Below, one piece after another: positions 56,705 through 60,554 of a stretch of DNA of 60,554 nt. The DNA comes from a virus (Duplodnaviria > Caudoviricetes): positions 1-60,554 of the IMG/VR virus record IMGVR_UViG_3300028585_000006; one strand, given 5' to 3'. Both the position numbers and the translations under genes were made by a program. The notes beneath the pieces are model-generated. The model saw only the letters and a program-made list of their open reading frames with translations, was not told where the DNA came from and did no database searches. Within the stretch, counting starts at the first letter, position 1; each line of letters begins with the position of its first letter.

Positions 56705-56728
56705 CGCCCCCGCCAGGAGACGGGGGCG
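56705..56728. promoter_or_regulatory. Hairpin between DUF488-like gene and tRNA
   Basis: CGCCCCCG-N8-CGGGGGCG. Confidence 0.45.
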
Positions 56729-56741
56729 CTGCGGTCGGTGG

Positions 56742-57257
56742 CTAGAACAGGGGCTCGAGGGCGCCGCCCGGCTCGGGCCGGGTGAAGTACCGCTCGTCGT
56801 GCTTGGCGTCGTAGTACGCCGGCTTGCCGCTCGAGCGGGGCGCGCGCTGCGATGCGAGGAGCGGCGGCCGCGCCTCGTCGACGACCACGTCGCGGGCGAG
56901 CATCCACTCGGCGAACATGCGCCGGTGGCACCACTCGCCCTTGCCGACGTTGCACCAGCAGAGGAGCACGAGGGGCACGCCGTTCGGGTGCTCGTCGGTC
57001 GGCGGGCGTTCGTCGGAGAGGCGCTGCAGGTCAGCACGGATGCGGTCCTCGAACTCGTCGAGGCGGGCCGTGTAGGCGATGCGGTACGGGAACTCGTCGC
57101 GGTACTGGGGCTTGCCGAAGATCCCGGCGGGGGTGATGCCGGGCACCGTGGGGATGCCCGCCATCCAGCGGGCTGGCTTGACCGCTGTGTTGATCGCCGC
57201 GCCCATGCCCGGCTTGAACGCCGAGAAAGAGCTGGTGAGGAGTGGGTTGATGGTCAT
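56742..57257 (-). CDS. DUF488-family-like protein
   Basis: LVLLCW......CHRRMFAEWM motif; leaderless start 6 nt after TAAACT. Confidence 0.7.
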   Translation of the reverse strand: MTINPLLTSSFSAFKPGMGAAINTAVKPARWMAGIPTVPGITPAGIFGKPQYRDEFPYRIAYTARLDEFEDRIRADLQRLSDERPPTDEHPNGVPLVLLCWCNVGKGEWCHRRMFAEWMLARDVVVDEARPPLLASQRAPRSSGKPAYYDAKHDERYFTRPEPGGALEPLF

Positions 57258-57261
57258 GGAA

Positions 57262-57804
57262 TCAGTTTACCTTACCCGGGTTGAGAATGATGATGTGAGG
57301 TGACTCGTGATCGAACCGGTAGCCCGTGTTCTTCCCGCTGACGAGCACGCCGGCGTACCCGTCGAGCTTCTTGCGGATCCGGAGCACGAGGGTGCTGATC
57401 GTGCTGACCGGCTGGGGTCGGTCGGGGTTCAGCCGGCGGGCCAGCTCGGCGCGGAACACGAAGCCGTCGGCGGCCATCAGCTCGCGGAGGATGCGGACCT
57501 CGGTCGGGGGGAGACGCTTCGGGATGCCGTTCACGCGGATGATGTTGTGGGCCAGGTCGAAGACGACGGGGCGCTCGGCGAGACCGGTGTCGGCAAACGA
57601 CTTTTCGTAGACGAGCTCGCGCTGCAGCTCGCTGACGATGGTCGACGTCGCCGGCACGATGAGGCCCTGGGAGTGGACGCGCAGCTCGGCCTTCGGGTCG
57701 AGGAGCGCCAGGCCGGCCTTGACGAACTCGACCAGGCGCTCGATGTCGGCCTTCTGCATGGTCTCGGACCCGACGTAGATCGCAACGCCGTTCGCGCGTC
57801 TCAC
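57262..57804 (-). CDS. OmpR/PhoB-type winged-helix transcription regulator
   Basis: KRLPPTEVRILRELM..VFRAEL...STLVLRIRKKL...GYRF. Confidence 0.8.
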   Translation of the reverse strand: MRRANGVAIYVGSETMQKADIERLVEFVKAGLALLDPKAELRVHSQGLIVPATSTIVSELQRELVYEKSFADTGLAERPVVFDLAHNIIRVNGIPKRLPPTEVRILRELMAADGFVFRAELARRLNPDRPQPVSTISTLVLRIRKKLDGYAGVLVSGKNTGYRFDHESPHIIILNPGKVN

Positions 57805-58097
57805 GCCTTGCTCCGGGAGGCGCGGCCGCGGATCCGGACGTCGGCGATCGCCCGCACTCGCGAGCCGTGCGCAACGAGGGCAGGCGGGTTGAACTGGGTA
57901 TCGACCCGGATCGCGAAGCTGTCGTCGAGACCGATCTCTGTTGCGATGTAGTCCGTGATCGTTCGGCCCTGCAGCTGCAACTGCATGACCTGGGCGTCGG
58001 TGATCGTCGCTGTGATGCTGTCAATTCGCCGCGGGGTGGGGAGTTGGCGGACGAGGATTGTCGCCGCCTGGCGGGCTGGTGTGGGCTTGTTCGGCAC
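57801..58097 (-). CDS. Hypothetical protein
   Basis: 98 aa ORF with GAGGAG RBS. Confidence 0.65.
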   Translation of the reverse strand: MPNKPTPARQAATILVRQLPTPRRIDSITATITDAQVMQLQLQGRTITDYIATEIGLDDSFAIRVDTQFNPPALVAHGSRVRAIADVRIRGRASRSKA

Positions 58098-58120
58098 GGT
58101 GTGCTCCTCTGGGGGGTAGG

Positions 58121-58156
58121 CCGAAGGCCCCGACCGGGGGGAGTCGGGGCCTTCGG
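58121..58156 (-). terminator. Strong hairpin after surface-protein gene
   Basis: CCGAAGGCCCCGAC...GTCGGGGCCTTCGG perfect 14-bp stem. Confidence 0.7.
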
Positions 58157-58167
58157 GGTTCGGGTGG

Positions 58168-59355
58168 CTACGCGCGGTGACGAGCGCGCACGCGGGGGAG
58201 GACGACGCCCGCGACGCCGGCGAGCGCGAGGGCCAGGCCGGTCGCGATCCAGCCGGTGACGTCGGCCGAGCCCGTGTAGGCGAGGCCGTCGGTGCTCGAG
58301 GCGGCCGAGACGTGCTTCGCGGCCGGCTTGGCCTCGAAGGTCACCGGGGTCGCGTCGACCACGGGGGCGATCGTGACGGGGACGATGACGGGCGTGGTCA
58401 CGGGGACCTCGTCGACGGGGGTCTCGGGCACGGTCGGCTCCTCAGGGGTGACGGGCGGCACGCTGCAGTCCTGCGAGCCGGAGACCAGGTGGTGCTTGAC
58501 GTACAGGTGGCTGTCCTCGCCCTCGGTCAGGGTGTCGTCGGCCAGCACGGCGTCGATGTCCGCGATGTAGCCGTGGTAGACGTCGACCTGGTACTCGCCC
58601 TCACACGCTTCGGCCACGATCTGCTTGCTGACCGCGTCGAGCTGGTCGCCCTCGGCGATGCTGACGAGGAGCTGGTCGTACGCGACCGTGCCCGGCTTGG
58701 TGCCCTCGGGCATGAGCCACGCGACCGTCGCCGTGACCTTCTCGCCGGGTGCCGGCGTGGTCGGGCCGTCGGTGCCCTCGTCGGGGGCGTCGGTCTCGGG
58801 GTCGGTGACCACGGGGTCCGTGCCTTCGTCGACGGGGTCGGCGGGGTCGGCGGGGTCGGTCGGCGCCGGGTCGACCGGGTCCGTGCTCGGGGCCGGGTCG
58901 ACCGGAGCCGGAGTCTCGGTGACGGGCGGCGTGACGACGGGCGGGACGTCGACCGGAGGCGCGACGACGACGGGGTCGACGAGCACGGGCTTGCAGTCGG
59001 CGGCCGCGGTGAAGCTCCACGACTGCCCGGTCGACGCGGTGATCGAGTAGGCGGCGCCGGAGGCCGGGATCGAGAACAGCGCGCTGCGGGCCGTGCTGTG
59101 CGGCGCGACCGTGACGACCTGCGGCGGGGTGCCGTCGCTGATCGTGTAGGTGGTCGCCGTGTCGGCGCCGAGCGCGTCGAGGACGAACTGCGTGACGCGG
59201 TCGGTGGCCTCGCACGAGTCGCTGTAGTTCTGGACGTAGACCTGGCCGGAGCCGTCGGTGGCCGACGCGGCCGCCGCGGTGCCGAAGACGAGTCCGGCGC
59301 TGGTGAGGCCGACGGCAACGGTGCCGGCGGCGAGCTTCTTGACGGTGGTGTGCAT
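58168..59355 (-). CDS. Secreted, sortase-anchored (LAXTG) surface protein
   Basis: Sec signal peptide ending AAAASA, Pro/Asp/Thr-rich linkers, LAYTG + TM helix + RVRARHRA tail. Confidence 0.85.
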   Translation of the reverse strand: MHTTVKKLAAGTVAVGLTSAGLVFGTAAAASATDGSGQVYVQNYSDSCEATDRVTQFVLDALGADTATTYTISDGTPPQVVTVAPHSTARSALFSIPASGAAYSITASTGQSWSFTAAADCKPVLVDPVVVAPPVDVPPVVTPPVTETPAPVDPAPSTDPVDPAPTDPADPADPVDEGTDPVVTDPETDAPDEGTDGPTTPAPGEKVTATVAWLMPEGTKPGTVAYDQLLVSIAEGDQLDAVSKQIVAEACEGEYQVDVYHGYIADIDAVLADDTLTEGEDSHLYVKHHLVSGSQDCSVPPVTPEEPTVPETPVDEVPVTTPVIVPVTIAPVVDATPVTFEAKPAAKHVSAASSTDGLAYTGSADVTGWIATGLALALAGVAGVVLPRVRARHRA

Positions 59356-59418
59356 GGTGTGTTCCCTCAGGTGATCGGTGTTGCGGGTGACCGGCGGCCG
59401 AGCGGCGCCGGGGGTCTG

Positions 59419-59658
59419 TCAGACCTGGTCGAGGTGACCGAGGTCGGTGCTGGCCTGTCGCGCGGCGCGCTCACGGGCGCCCTGTTCCATCCCGAGCCGG
59501 ATGGACCGGCCGACGGCCTCGTCCTGCTTGCTGACGTCCGAGCGCAGGAACTCCTTGAGGCCGTGGATCCCGCCGACGACGCCGGCGATCGCGATGCCGA
59601 GCACGAGGATGACGCCGACGACGGCCAGGGTCCAGAGGAAGAACTCGAGCGGGCTCAT
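59419..59658 (-). CDS. Small membrane protein
   Basis: N-terminal TM helix. Confidence 0.65.
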   Translation of the reverse strand: MSPLEFFLWTLAVVGVILVLGIAIAGVVGGIHGLKEFLRSDVSKQDEAVGRSIRLGMEQGARERAARQASTDLGHLDQV

Positions 59659-59843
59659 CGTGCGTCCCGGCGGTCGCCGAGGGCGAGCACCCAGTAGAGG
59701 ATCAGCGCGCCGACGAGCATCGTGTTGGCGATCGTCGTCGACCCGTCGAGGGTGACTGCGCCGAGGCCCCAGCGGACCGCGTAGATCGCGATGGCCGAGA
59801 TGACGAGGAGCGCGATGAGCGCGCGGAGGAGGTTGGTTCGCAC
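59655..59843 (-). CDS. Small two-TM membrane protein
   Basis: Two hydrophobic segments; GTG 59843 with AAGGAACAG RBS. Confidence 0.6.
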   Translation of the reverse strand: MRTNLLRALIALLVISAIAIYAVRWGLGAVTLDGSTTIANTMLVGALILYWVLALGDRRDAR

Positions 59844-59898
59844 GACTGTTCCTTCGTGGTGGGGGGAGGCCCCGTTGTGAGGCCGTATCACTATGGTA

Positions 59899-60507
59899 TT
59901 ACACCGGCTCTTCGGGAGATACCCCCCTGACGGGTGAGAACGCCTCGCGCGTCGGGTGAGGTCGACGGGTGATGCGCGCGGACGGTTCGCCGCGGTGATC
60001 GGGCCACTCGATCTCGGCCAGGACCGACCGGCCCCGGGAGACGTGCATGTCGACGGGGAGGCCCCTGTAGGCGAGGCCCATCGTCGCCAGGCCCATCGCG
60101 TCGGCCTCGTCGTCCTTCTTGAACGTCAGGGTCGGGAACGCCGAGCGGATCGCGGTGAGCATCTCGGCCTTCTTCGCGGCGCCGTTCATCGTGACGTACA
60201 GCTTGAGCTGGGTCGGGGTGACGATCGCGTAGGGCACGCGGCGCTTCCAGCACTCGTGCCGGCCCATCCAGTGGTTCGCCTCGATGACGTCGCGCATGGG
60301 GGTCTTCGACATGAAGCTCAGGCCCTCGATGACCGCGAGGTCGTGGTCGGCGACGAACTCTCCGACCTGCTTCGCGTTGAACTGCAGCCGCTCGTGCCCG
60401 GCGAGGTTCTTGTGCTCGAACGCCTTCACCACGACGCGCCCGGAGGCGGTGTCGATCGACACCGCCCCCGTACGGTTCAGGCTCAGGTCGAGCCCAGCGA
60501 TTCTCAC
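59899..60507 (-). CDS. ruvC: RuvC-like Holliday junction resolvase
   Basis: IAGLDLSLNRTG, AVIEG, VTPTQLK, DDEADA motifs. Confidence 0.9.
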   Translation of the reverse strand: MRIAGLDLSLNRTGAVSIDTASGRVVVKAFEHKNLAGHERLQFNAKQVGEFVADHDLAVIEGLSFMSKTPMRDVIEANHWMGRHECWKRRVPYAIVTPTQLKLYVTMNGAAKKAEMLTAIRSAFPTLTFKKDDEADAMGLATMGLAYRGLPVDMHVSRGRSVLAEIEWPDHRGEPSARITRRPHPTREAFSPVRGVSPEEPV

Positions 60508-60554
60508 TTGCCGTCGTCGTCCTGCACGTCGGTCGGTGCGCCGGCGTGCTCTTC
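60428..60554. repeat. Terminal direct repeat copy 2 (assembly overlap)
   Basis: Identical to 1-127. Confidence 0.95.

Larger units (their letters stand above)
1..60554 (-). mobile_element. Complete tailed dsDNA bacteriophage genome (siphovirus-type, probable actinobacterial host)
   Basis: Full set of terminase, portal, capsid, tail, tape measure and lysis genes; terminal overlap shows circular assembly; no host housekeeping genes. Confidence 0.95.

Noticed and set aside
58780-58980. GGGGTCGGC-type short tandem repeats
   Set aside because: Encode the Pro/Asp linker of the surface protein

Overview
This window looks like a complete, circularly assembled genome (60,427 bp unique; bases 1-127 repeat exactly at 60428-60554) of a high-GC tailed siphovirus. 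The host is most likely an actinobacterium, judged from GC content, leaderless promoters and a LAXTG sorting signal. Essentially all real genes are on the minus strand; the long plus-strand ORFs are antisense shadows. Recognisable modules are packaging and head (TerS, TerL, portal, MuF, XkdF-like protease, scaffold, cement, major capsid), tail (two tail-tube paralogues, frameshifted chaperone, tape measure, minor tails), lysis, recombination (RecE/RecT, SMC-like ATPase, HNH, RuvC) and a Rep-like HTH gene next to DnaA boxes. No integrase, DNA polymerase, primase or helicase was recognised. The standout locus is 54277-57257: DUF488-like gene > non-canonical tRNA-Gly(UCC) > amino-methyltransferase/Mom-like GNAT fusion > ParB/Srx-like gene. 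It is a candidate DNA hypermodification system that carries its own dedicated glycyl-tRNA donor. Other notable items are a 2H-phosphoesterase fused to the head protease, an Acb2/Tad1-like domain, an apparently catalytically dead M15-type endolysin, a sortase-anchored surface protein and several repeated promoter/operator motifs. All family assignments come from motif recognition by eye, not database searches.
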